Shown here: positions 11,501 through 21,331 of the stretch, in pieces
Layout: each line of letters begins with the position of its first letter
How positions within the stretch are numbered: position 1 is the first letter of the stretch
Source: Zancudomyces culisetae HAW-14-8
Lineage: Eukaryota > Fungi > Kickxellomycota
Assembly (NCBI GenBank): GCA_052426225.1
Contig: JBNJNM010000021.1
Coordinates: 2,914,001-2,978,000, forward strand
DNA: 64,000 bases
Direction: 5' to 3'
Program-made: the position numbers and the translations under genes
Notes under the pieces: model-generated
The model's input: only the letters and a program-made list of their open reading frames with translations
Told to the model about the DNA's origin: nothing
Database searches by the model: none

Positions 11501-12117
11501 TCACAATTCCTCGTACTCAAGTTTTAAATCCTGCCTCCTCTGATAGATCCAAACGACTATCTGATATCCACCAAGAACTGAAGTTTAACATCTCCCTTGC
11601 CCTTGAAGACCATGAGAAATACTACAACCGAAAAGTATCATCACAACCTGACTTCAACATTGGTGATCTTGTCTATCTATCAACTAAAAACATCAGGACT
11701 CAAAGACCAAGCAAGAAGCTTGACTATCGGAAACTTGGTCCATTCAAAGTATTGGAAAAGATTGGACAAAGATCATACAAACTTCAGCTACCACACACAA
11801 TGAAGATTCACCCAGTATTCCACGTCAATCTCCTTGAACCTTGTAAACCAGATCTGATCCCAGACAGACTATCAAAACCGCTTCCACCTGTGATCATTGA
11901 TGGTCAAGAAGAATATGAAGTTGAGAAAATCCTAGATAGTAAAATATTTGGTAGAACTGTCAAATACCTGGTACACTGGAAAGGATACCCAGACACTGAA
12001 CGTACCTGGCAAACATATTCTGACTTAGCAAATGCAAAATATCTTGTCACTGAATTCCATCGTCACCATCCTGAAAAACCAAAGCCACCACAAATGCTTC
12101 ACGGAGCTCAGCCTTAA
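8500..12117 (+). CDS. pol: Element T Pol (PR-RT-RH-IN-chromodomain), -1 frame relative to gag
   Basis: MVDSGA, YIDD, TDAS, HHCC/DDE, GPF, and chromodomain EEYEVEKILD...YLVHWKGY...TW. The frame is open back through the gag stop to the slippery site at 8500. Confidence 0.95.
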   Translation, partial: GKRHRPVDSKGHLLGNLASPHATVTTPVSDTQSPDKPNTLTIPVTILFKHHHIKTYAMVDSGASSSFIDATFALKNNLPSISRKMTITLADGSKLRSNSASQVTLKINDNHLESIYLQQLDLGSSPIILGLSWLQQHNPDINWTENIVHLPCTLTSCGPNHVNLDISLVGSNQFKEHLKAPDTVYAGAITVNNLESLVAPESCENLCFVSESNPETPDTPVIPEKYKMFESVFSESQSAKLPEHRPYDHTIPLLPDSKIPYGPLYNLSQLELKTLYDYIQENLANGFIQRSESPAGAPVLFVKKKDGSLRLCVDYRALNKITVPNRAALPLISETLDRLGKAKIFTKLDMKSAYHMIRISPGEEWKTAFRTRYGHFEYKVMPFGLMNAPATFQSFVNDLFREYIDQFLVVYIDDLLIYSDDIDKHYDHVCLVLKKLQEHNLTLKLEKCEFDVQSVQFLGFVIGPNGISMDPSKVSSVTEWKTPTCVRDVQVFLGLTNFYRRFILNYSKISLPLTALLKKGVQFQWTLKAEEAFALLKETMISNPVLAHYNPDQPCIIETDASDFALGAICSQYDNEGQLHPVAYYSRKLLPAEVNYQVYDKELLAIIDAFAHWRHYLEFSVHPTVVMTDHKNLEYFSTTRNLSRRQVRWSEYLSNFNFVIKYRPGKQNTAADALSRKDQPWKGGDSRTDQNKITLLPPEIFLKSMTSTPVEPLSSTLMNNIKSLQPKDTYFGPIYTDLSKKPDSHEKYTLVDNLLHYDGLICIPSDDNIKRTILIECHDSPAAGHFGNAKTYELVSRNFYWPTMRKYIKDYISGCDTCQRNKSSRHKPYGYLAPLPVPDSPWSSVSVDFITQLPPSNNFTAICVFVDRLTKMAHFVPTTNEIDAEGTADLFIQHVFCKHGLPKDIVSDRGVTFNSSFMRTLMKSLNIEQKMSTAFHPQTDGQTERVNSVLEQYLRCYIDYQQTDWSKWLPIAEFAYNNTSHASIKTTPFYANYGFHPRFSVTIPRTQVLNPASSDRSKRLSDIHQELKFNISLALEDHEKYYNRKVSSQPDFNIGDLVYLSTKNIRTQRPSKKLDYRKLGPFKVLEKIGQRSYKLQLPHTMKIHPVFHVNLLEPCKPDLIPDRLSKPLPPVIIDGQEEYEVEKILDSKIFGRTVKYLVHWKGYPDTERTWQTYSDLANAKYLVTEFHRHHPEKPKPPQMLHGAQP

Positions 12118-12540
12118 GAGGGGAGGTCGTGTCATGAACTGATTCTAGAATGTTCGAAAACGTTCTAGAATCATCTGATTTTATTCCGCAGTAATGTTTA
12201 GAATGTTGGGAAACATTCTAGAACATTACCGAAAATTCACATTATTTCTCAATTTTTCTTACGTAATAATTTTCACATGTTTAATTTTATTAGCATTCGA
12301 GTTTGATTTTTGTTTGATTACTAATCCAATTTGATTAGTAATCAAACACGTTTTTCTTTAGCTTGCATATTTAGCTATTCCGCAGTTTTCTAGTGATTTT
12401 GTTCAAAAACCAAGGCTGGAAAAAAGTATAAAAAGGGTACAATTTTCCTGTCTTGGATTCAGTATCTAGTATCTTGTATACATTCATACAATAAACATTA
12501 ATAATAATAAATATAACACTCCAGACTCCAGATCTTGACA

Positions 12541-14478
12541 ACCGTTTTTCTTATGAACAATGACGACTGGTGAACACCATTCTGCGTCGCTTGGTTCGAT
12601 TATTTTCCTGTTCAGCGTTTCTTTAAGTTGTTCTTCAACTTTTTCTTGAAGTCTATAGGGTATCCTATATGGCTTCTGTTTGATAGGCTTTTCATCTGTC
12701 AGCTCAATCTTATGTTCTGTTATAGATGTCTGTTTTAATTCTGAGATGTCATCTACAAAGATGTCATCAAACTCTTCAATCACTTCAGCTAGTTTACTAT
12801 TGTTATCTGCTTCTAAGCCCTTTGGTGCCTCCTTAACCACGTAATACATTTCTGTTTCATCCTCTTGAATTTGTGTAGTAGTGGTTAACCTGGTAATGAG
12901 CTCTGAGTTTTCAATTGGAAATCTTATCTCTGGTACTTTCAGATTAATTATCACTCTGTGTTTGAGAAGCCAGTCGGTTCCTAAGATCAAATTTCCTTCA
13001 TTTTTTTCCATAACAACCAAGTTTGCTGGAAGTATAACCGAAGCTATTTTCACTGGTACATTGTTAATCTTACCCAATGTTGGATGTTTTTTACCATCCG
13101 CAGTTATAATAATTTGAATATTTCTGCTATCAATATCTAAACCCCAACATTCTACCATTTTAGGACCAACAACTGAACAAGCTGCGCCAGTATCAATGAC
13201 TGCTGAAATATCTTGTCCAAAAATTTGTACTTGTGCTCTACAATTGGTAATTTTCCTTTCATGTATTGAAATCTCATTAATTTCTGAAGTATCCTTTTTG
13301 TTGCATAGTCCAACTAACTCTTTTGCTAGTATAGGTGAACTATCTAACAGTTGTATAAGGCTAATCTTTGGATATACCTTATTCAACTCATCCCTTAATG
13401 AAAATGCCTTTGTACCGTTTTGTATCCTTGGGTTATACCTTTTTTGTATTTGTACACTCAGCGGTACATCTTCATCAATTTCCTCAACATTTTTTTCTAC
13501 AGTTTTTTCTTTAATAAAATTTTCTGATAAAGTTGATGTTGCTGCAGTGTTGTTTCTTTTTCTTGCTCTTATTTCAGTAGTGGTATCATTTAATGAATTG
13601 TTTTTTCTTTTTTCAACCGCAAATAGCTGCTTACTGTCTGATTCTTTTTCACCTACAATGTCAATGAAATTTACGTTAGCATTTATTTTAGAATTACTAT
13701 CTTGATTCTTCTGAGCTTTCCATTTTTGGCATTCGAACTTCCTATGTCCTTCCTCCTGGCAATAGAAACACTTGTAAACATTGGTATTCTCGGGTCTATA
13801 ACTTTTCAATTTTTTATCTACTACTTCATCCACTTTAGCTAAAAGACTAACACTTAATTCCTCGAATTTCCTAATCATAGCTGCATACGGCTCTTTGTCT
13901 TTTGACATATCCTTAATGGTTCTACCCTGCCTACTCGCAGCATTTTTAGATAGTTCCTTCATTTTGCTTACTTTATCTTTGTACTCACTCTTCCTATATA
14001 CTCCTTGTTCAGACTTCTCCAACTTAGATATGAACTTTATCACCTTGTCCCAACTCTTGTATCCTGTTTCTTCCAGCTTTTCCTTATGCTCTGCCTTCAG
14101 GATACTAACTAGTAAATCCAGTTTGATATCATCCTTGGTTATTCCTGCTTTTTCACACAACAGTTCTAGATCGTATTCCAATTCCTCTATGCTGTTGTAG
14201 TCGGAGTGTTTGATGTTTCTCAACTTATCCCAGACTTGACACTTGGTCTCCTTGATGCTAAACTTTTCAATAAATAGTTTACTGAATTCATCCCAACTCG
14301 TGAAATTCTCTTTGTTTTTCTTATACCAAATGGCTTCCTTCTTGCCAAGGTAAAGTCTCACAAGATCAATCCAGTCCCCTTTATCCCAATTGTTTTGTTT
14401 AGCAACTAACCTATAGTTATCCGCCCAGTCCTCGGGGTCAATACCCATATCAGATTCAAAAGTCTTCGGTGTGATCAT
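12541..14478 (-). pseudogene. Element E gag-pol, 5' part (Gag, CCHC knuckle, protease, start of RT), interrupted by element T
   Basis: CFYCQEEGHRKFEC knuckle, AVIDTGAA protease, WCSPVVIVHKKNG. The last 15 aa of the ORF-track protein are read-through into the inserted LTR. Confidence 0.92.
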
Positions 14479-14778
14479 TGTATCTAATTGCTGTCTTTTT
14501 AGAAATATATTATCTGCACTTTGTTATGTTATTTTTCTAGGTATATGCCTAGCTGGGAGCGCCACTGTTATATTTTTATTTTAACTTAAACTTTTATTAA
14601 CTTAAAATATACTTGAACTTTATCCTATTCTCTTACTATACCAAATATCCGTTAATATTGTTATTATTAACTATTGAATATTAGTATACTGAATAAAAGA
14701 ACTTATTACTACTATTTATTTGGATTAAAGATGTGTTTTATTTAGTGCTATTTCCCTGCACTTATATACTTTTACTGC

Positions 14779-17700
14779 AGTGGATATTATTTCACTAAGC
14801 CAATTTTGCCCCTGTTTCATCTAAATTATTATTATTATTTAGTATTAGTAACATTATGATTAAGTATTGATGGAAGTTTTTGTACGGGGTAACTCGGAGT
14901 TTTTATGAAGTCTTTACTTATCTTTTTTATTTTTCTTTTTTGGATATATTTTAGGAGATATTTTTTTACACACTCACTTTTAGGGAAGAGAACTAAGATA
15001 ACATTATATTTATTAAATAAAAGATATTAAAACTAAAACCCTTAAACAGAGCCACAAACAACTTAGGCGTTATCAGCACCAAGGGGAAAGTGGATAGTTC
15101 CAAACAGACATATAGTCAAGAGATTTCCTGTTCTAAAACCCCAATAAAAGAAGTTAAAATGGCAGAAAAGATCGATCCCACATTGTTACCACCAAAATGG
15201 GAAGGTGAGGAAAGTACCGGCATCGAACAATGGACAAGAAGGTTTTCGATGGGTATAGATATTATGGGAGTAGATGAGAAGAAAGCCATTCAGCTTTTAG
15301 GGATATGGTTACAAGGAAGAGCTAATGACTGGATGTTCCATGAAATGGAAGAAGAAGAGGTAAGCAAAAGGAAACTAGCGGAATGGTTAAAGCTTCTTAT
15401 TAAAGAAGTCAAGAGCTGGCAAAAAACAACAGCTGGCAGCATAGAAGGACTTGCAAAGATGAGGAAGGCGACCACAGAAAATATTGGTGAGTTCACTTGA
15501 AGGTTTATGAGATATTCAGATACCATCCCCGAAGAAATGAAGACAGAAATGCAGGTGAGAAAAATATTCATAAACTGTTTAGCAGTGTGGGATGAGGCCA
15601 TTCTGTGGAAAATAGCTGAAGATTTGGATAGTATAAAGCTAAAGGACCTAGTGGACAAAGTAATCAACCTGAGTAAGGTGAGACAGATCTGGAAAGATCA
15701 AGGAGCCGAAGAAACACCGAGTACTAGGAAAACCGCTTTGGAAATAAGTCAGAAAGATCCTGAAACTGACTTGTTACAACAAAAATTAGAGGATTTAACT
15801 GAGACGGTGAAAACCTTACTAATTCAAAGTAAGAAGGAAAGACCCAAAGTCACTTGTTTCAATTGTGGCAGAATTGGACACAAGGCGAGATTTTGCAGAA
15901 GTCAACCCAGTACTCACCCAGTATCGGTAAAAAATAACTCAGAGGAGGCCAAAAAATACACGGACAATCGACTACCCGTTCATAAGGAAAACTCCATGCT
16001 AGCAATATCCGCTGCCGCCACCGCCCATACATTGGAACCCCACTACCTTAATTCCGAGGATTATCCACACAAGTCACCACAGTCTCAACCATCAGAAAAT
16101 CTAATAGACAGAACTATCAAACCAGTGCGTTCATTGAAGTTAAAGGTAAAGAATAAGACCAAGAAGAAGGTAAAGAAAAAGCCGGCAAAAGAGTGCATTT
16201 TATTTAACAAATTGTTAGGTACACCAGTTCCTGTATCATGGGGTGAGTATTTCGACTCACATCCGAAAGAAAGAAGACCTGTCTATAATTCTTTCCGGGA
16301 ATACATTCGGAAGGGATCAAAGAAGAAGGCCATGTTAATAGAAACAGCACTCACCGAAAAAGGAAACACAGACCCCTGTTACATCTGGACTAGGATAGCA
16401 AATAGGACTGTACCTTTATTTGTGGATTCTGGGGCTTCCTATTCACTCATGCGAGCATCGCTGGTAAGAGAGTTGGGACTAAAGAAAACAAGATTGGAAA
16501 ACCCTATCTCACTAACACAAGTAGGAGGAACCCATTTAGAAGTCTCAGAGGCCACAGATGCAGTAATAAGTTTGGATGATGACGTAGAAATAGGAGTGAG
16601 ATTTTTAGTCACACCAACATGTGCGGTGCCAGCTATCTTTGGCTTAAACACCTGCAAGGAGCTGGGTGCAACCTTAAATTACAGGGACAACACCATTGAC
16701 ATAGTGACCGGAGGCAGTAAATACCGTTTCCAGTTAGTTAGTCAGGACAATTTAAACGGCATAGGGGTATCCGACGAAGAATACTCTGGTGACGAGACAG
16801 ATGAGGGAAACTACACAAGAATCTTCCTCGGATTCCGAAGGCAACATAATAAGCAAACCTATGTTTTACTCCTTAATGAGTGCAGATTTGACAGAGTCAG
16901 GTTTTCCAGAAGCTGTAGAACAAAACTTAGAAACCGAAATGCAAAGTCAGTCAGACATGTGTCCAGAGATAACAGAAATGTTAAAATTATTTAGCGATAT
17001 TTTTGAAAATAAAGTTGGAATAACTACAATAACAAATTCCGAGTTCAACATATGTATAGAAGAAGGAAAAGGTGCAATAGCCACGAGGTTACGACGATAT
17101 TCAGAAAACGACGCGAACGGAAATAGGTCGACAAATCAAAGAAATGAAGGAAAAAGGCATAATCAGGGAATCGTTTTCAGATTGGGCATCAGCAATTGTA
17201 CTAGCGAAAAAGGCCGATGGGACAGCGAGGTTTTGCGTCGATTACAGAAAAGTCAACGAGATCACGATAAAGGACCGATTCCCGATTGCTCGGATCGACG
17301 AATGTTTGACATCCCTCTCAAAAGGTAGAATATTTTCAACTCTGGACCTTAACTCGGGTTACTGGCAGTGTGAACTCTCAAGAAAGGCTGCACCTATAAC
17401 CGCGTTTATTAGTCCATGGGGGCTTTTCGAATTCTGTGTTTTGCCGTTCGGATTATCCAATGCGCCGGCTCATTTCAGCAGAATCATGGAAAGGATTTTA
17501 GCTCCATTTTTGTTTCGCTTCGTTGTGGTGTATTTGGACGATATTGCAGTTTTTTCAAGGAATCTAAACGAACATATTATTCATCTCCGAGAAGTTTTCA
17601 AAGCACTAAGAAGTAACAATGTTTCGCTAAACATGAAAAAATGCAGATTCGGAACAGATAATTTCAAGTATCTGGGACACCAAATAACTCCAGAAGGGAT

Positions 17701-19840
17701 TAAACCGATTTTAAATAAAATAGATAAGTTAGAAATTAAAACCAAACCGAAAAATATCAAACAGGTACAATCTATTTTAGGACTATTTAATTATTTTCGA
17801 AAATTCATAGATAGCTATGCAACCATAATCAAGCCGGTGCAGGACCTTATAAAACAAGGAAGAAGATGAAGATTCAATTGGACGGTAGAATGTACGGCTG
17901 CCGTGGAGAAGGTAAAAATGATACTGTCGTCAGATGCGGTACTAGCCCAACCAGACCAAGATAAGAAATTCTTACTGTCAACGGACGCCTCTTCGATAGC
18001 AGTGGGTGCCGTACTTGAGCAGGAATTTGACGGGACGTTACGACCAGTTGCATATTATTCTAGACGACTAAATGGTGCCGAAAGTAGATATTCAGCATAC
18101 GAGAGAGAACTTTATGCTATTATTTTGAGTATAAAACATTTTCGACATTTCTTGATGCCGAAGCCATTCACAGTTTATACCGACAATTCAGCTGCAAAAT
18201 ACGTTTTGACAAGGCGAGAACCTTCCTCTCGTGTTGCAAGATGGTTAAATTGGTTATCTGAGTACACTTTCGATATACACCATCGAAAAGGGAAAGACAA
18301 CGTTGTAGCTGATTTTTTAAGTAGACCAATGCTAATAGCCACTGAAAACGTTAACGTCGAAAACAGAGATGCATTAAAATCCAGCGTTATAGAAATGTTA
18401 AACTCATTTGAGATAAGTTATACAAGTGAATATATTTTAAACACATTAAAAAATTATATTGTCATACAAGAAACCCTTTATAGAAGGACTAATAAGCGTT
18501 ATAGAGAGGTAGTAAAGAGTAAAGTAGAAGCTCTAAATATTATACAGACGCTACATGACGGGCTAGGACATTTGTCGTTTATGCCCATATGGCATTGGGT
18601 TCAAGCGAAATATTGGTTTCCTGAGATGTTCAAGCTGGTGAAAGCGTACGTTTCGTCGTGCCACAATTGTCAAGTTTATAACATAAGAAAACCAAAATAC
18701 AATTTTCAAGGTAAGATGCCTGTTTCGGGGATCTTCGATGAGTGGGTCCTAGATTATCTTGGGCCTTTCCCAATCTCCTTGAGTGTGAACCGGTATATAC
18801 TTGTGGGTGTTGAGAGACTTAGTCACTTCCCGGTAGCTTTCCCATCACCCGACATAACTGGAATATCGACAGTCCGCCACCTCAAGAATCTCGTTGCGAT
18901 TTTCGGTATACCCGCAGCATGTAGAGTAGACAATGCTACTAGTTTTCAAAACGAAAAGGTTAGGGATATGTGCAGTAAATATAGCGTGAAATTGGAATTT
19001 AACGTACCGTATCAACCCGAATGGATGGGACTCGTTGAACGAATGAATAGTAGGATCAGATATAGCTTGGCGAAGAGCTGCGAAGGAAATTACGATACCT
19101 GGGACGACCATTTACCTGAAATACTACTAGGAATTCGTAGTTCACGGAACAGGACGACGGGAAGAACACCATACGAGTTGCTCTATGGTGTCCCCCCATC
19201 TTTAACAGGAAAAAAGTTATCTACTCCATCCGTCAACTTACGAGAAGTAGAGCTGAGCGGAGTTAGGGTAGAAAGATTGGAAGAGGTTAATACTGCTGTG
19301 CTTTCAAAAAACGAATATAAATATTCTGTCGGTGACCTAGTACTTATATTGTCCGGAAAGATTAGAAAAAATCAACCGCATAATAAACTGTTACCTCGAT
19401 ATACAGGTCCGTGGAAAGTCAAATCCGTCTTACCACATCATTTATATTCTGTAGAAAACGAGGTAGGAAAGGGAGGTGTATATCACGCTTCGCGCATTTC
19501 AAAATATGAAATGAGAACTTAAAACTTTGTTTTAAGTTGCCTTTCGGGAGGGGAGAGTGGATATTATTTCACTAAGCCAATTTTGCCCCTGTTTCATCTA
19601 AATTATTATTATTATTTAGTATTAGTAACATTATGATTAAGTATTGATGGAAGTTTTTGTACGGGGTAACTCGGAGTTTTTATGAAGTCTTTACTTATCT
19701 TTTTTATTTTTCTTTTTTGGATATATTTTAGGAGATATTTTTTTACACACTCACTTTTAGGGAAGAGAACTAAGATAACATTATATTTATTAAATAAAAG
19801 ATATTAAAACTAAAACCCTTAAACAGAGCCACAAACAACT
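14779..19840 (+). mobile_element. Ty3/gypsy element S with AGT...ACT termini, nested in the 5' LTR of element E
   Basis: 285-bp LTRs 14779-15063 and 19556-19840, identical by eye; 5-bp TSD ACTGC (14774-14778, 19841-19845); PPT GGGAGGGGAG; E LTR sequence resumes exactly after the TSD. Confidence 0.94.
15159..19522 (+). pseudogene. Element S gag-pol with an in-frame TGA (15498-15500) and about three frameshifts (near 16790, 17110, 17870)
   Basis: CFNCGRIGHKARFC knuckle, FVDSGA, YLDD, TDAS, HHCC, DDE and YTGPW motifs spread over ORFs 15090, 15507, 16789, 17144 and 17903. Confidence 0.85.
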
Positions 19841-20024
19841 ACTGCTAACTTAAAAAATACTATTAAAACTATACAAAGATACATAAACTTTAGTACTGAA
19901 AGTTAAAGCATAAATTTGTATATACTGTTTAAAACTTGTAATAAAAATCATAATACTAATTAAAAACATATGATTACTAAACTAAACTGTTTCAAGGTAT
20001 GTCTTGGTTTACTATATGACATTG

Positions 20025-20607
20025 TGTCGTGTGTCGGGAAAATTTGCACAATAAGATTTTCCTAGAGAGAATCGCGGGATCGGCGGTTAATCTTCTCACA
20101 ATAGGATCAACCGAACATCCTATTGTGAGCAAAATTAACAATTACTTATTATCCTATCTTTTAGTAGTATTTATTAGTATAAACTTATTTATTAGTACAA
20201 CGGAAATTAGATATAAGCAAAGTAATTTCCTCTGTTTCGAACTTTACCTTCAAATTTCACAATAAATCGTATACATAGCAACAATAGTAAATTTTATACG
20301 ACACGTGCGAGACAACTAATGTTTAGAATTATGTACAATAATAGTAGTTTTTACTCCTTAGTGGTTTTTATACGTTATTGGACAGGTTTAAAGCTTAAAC
20401 AATTTATCTCGTTATAAATATAAACTTTATAGTTTTTGGATTAAGTTTAGACTTTATTATGATAAATATATATCAATAAAGATAAGATATAACAACATAT
20501 AAGTTATAAAGATAATAGTTTAAATATACTTTTAGTAGACTAGCTATAATTAAATAATACACACGTATTAATGCGTAAAAATTAACATTGGAAGCATTCT
20601 TGCGACA
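20025..20607 (+). mobile_element. Solo LTR G (20025-20031 plus 20308-20607), interrupted by LTR F
   Basis: TGTCGTG...TGCGACA termini; GTTG on the right (20608-20611); U-rich stem-loop at 20335-20380. Confidence 0.78.
20032..20303. mobile_element. Solo LTR F (272 bp), inserted 7 bp inside LTR G
   Basis: TGTCG...CGACA termini; 4-bp TSD CGTG (20028-20031, 20304-20307); contains a 13-bp perfect hairpin CTCACAATAGGAT/ATCCTATTGTGAG. Confidence 0.82.
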
Positions 20608-20611
20608 GTTG

Positions 20612-20832
20612 TGTTGTATAATTACAAGTTTAACGTCTACTGAGTAATATATTTACCCAGTATTATACAGGACGGGACTTTTATATTATATATTAGGACT
20701 ATAATTAATTTGGGAGAAAAAGACAATTTATTAATTAATTTAAAACTAGACTATTTAATACTTAAAATAATACTATTTGTATTAACCAATAAAATACAAG
20801 GTAATACAGGTATATATTTCTACTATATAACA
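20612..20832 (-). mobile_element. Solo LTR H (221 bp), related to LTR C
   Basis: TGTTGT...ATAACA; GTTG both sides; shares TTAACGTC, GGACGGG, GACAATTTA and AACCAAT blocks with LTR C. Confidence 0.85.
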
Positions 20833-20837
20833 GTTGT

Positions 20838-21091
20838 TGTTGTGTGTTGCCATGTTTAAGGTCCCATTTAGTGTTTTTTACACCAAATAACACACGGTAC
20901 GGGTCATTTTACTTACCTTTTACTATATGCTGCGAATTATTATATAGTACTTTGGATTTTGCAAAAGAGGACATTTATTTAGTTAAACAAAAATTTCAAT
21001 TTTATACAATAAAATCTACAAAAAATCTAACTAAAAATTACAAAACACAATAAACCAATGTAAATGTTTCGCCTATTGTAGGCATACAACA
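20838..21091 (-). mobile_element. Solo LTR I (about 254 bp), diverged relative of C/H; outermost unit of the left stack
   Basis: TGTTGT...ACAACA; same conserved blocks as C/H; right flank AAAAT does not match the left flank; start could be 20845. Confidence 0.7.
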
Positions 21092-21096
21092 AAAAT

Positions 21097-21328
21097 TGTC
21101 GTATAGTAAACAATACTGAAGAGTTATCCCAATATTATTGGTTAGTTTAATAGATGTATTTATAGAAATAGTATAAATATGTTTATTGTGAATTATTTAT
21201 AAATTGTCCTTTTCCACTGATAAATAATAGTATAATAAAATTATATATAATTGAAATTGACCAGTCCCGTATAGTACTTGGTATCGAAAGTTACCAAGTA
21301 GGACGTTAAGCAATTTCACTACACGACA
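21097..21328 (+). mobile_element. Solo LTR J (232 bp), C family; outermost unit of the right stack
   Basis: Close reverse-complement match to 2829-3062; TGTCGT...ACGACA. Confidence 0.9.
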
Positions 21329-21331
21329 GAC

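Larger units (their letters stand above)
6830..12540 (+). mobile_element. Chromovirus (Tf1/sushi-like Ty3/gypsy) element T, apparently intact, nested antisense in the RT of element E
   Basis: 411-bp LTRs 6830-7240 and 12130-12540, identical by eye, TGTCA...TGACA; 5-bp TSD ACCGT (6825-6829, 12541-12545); PPT AAGAGGGGAGGTCG; C-terminal chromodomain. Confidence 0.97.
3983..20021 (-). mobile_element. Ty3/gypsy element E, carrying two nested elements; 3' LTR 3983-4371, 5' LTR split into 14566-14778 and 19846-20021
   Basis: 389-bp LTRs with one difference seen by eye; TSD TTGT (3979-3982, 20022-20025); PBS TGGCGCTCCCAGCTAGGC (14547-14564, -); PPT at 4372-4385; gag-PR-RT-RH-IN order. Confidence 0.95.

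Noticed and set aside
21273-21310. TAGTACTTGG and GTTAAGC resembling 5S rRNA (Cassandra-like LTR) or a twister-sister/hairpin ribozyme
   Set aside because: The blocks are in the wrong order for 5S and the catalytic consensus nucleotides are missing.
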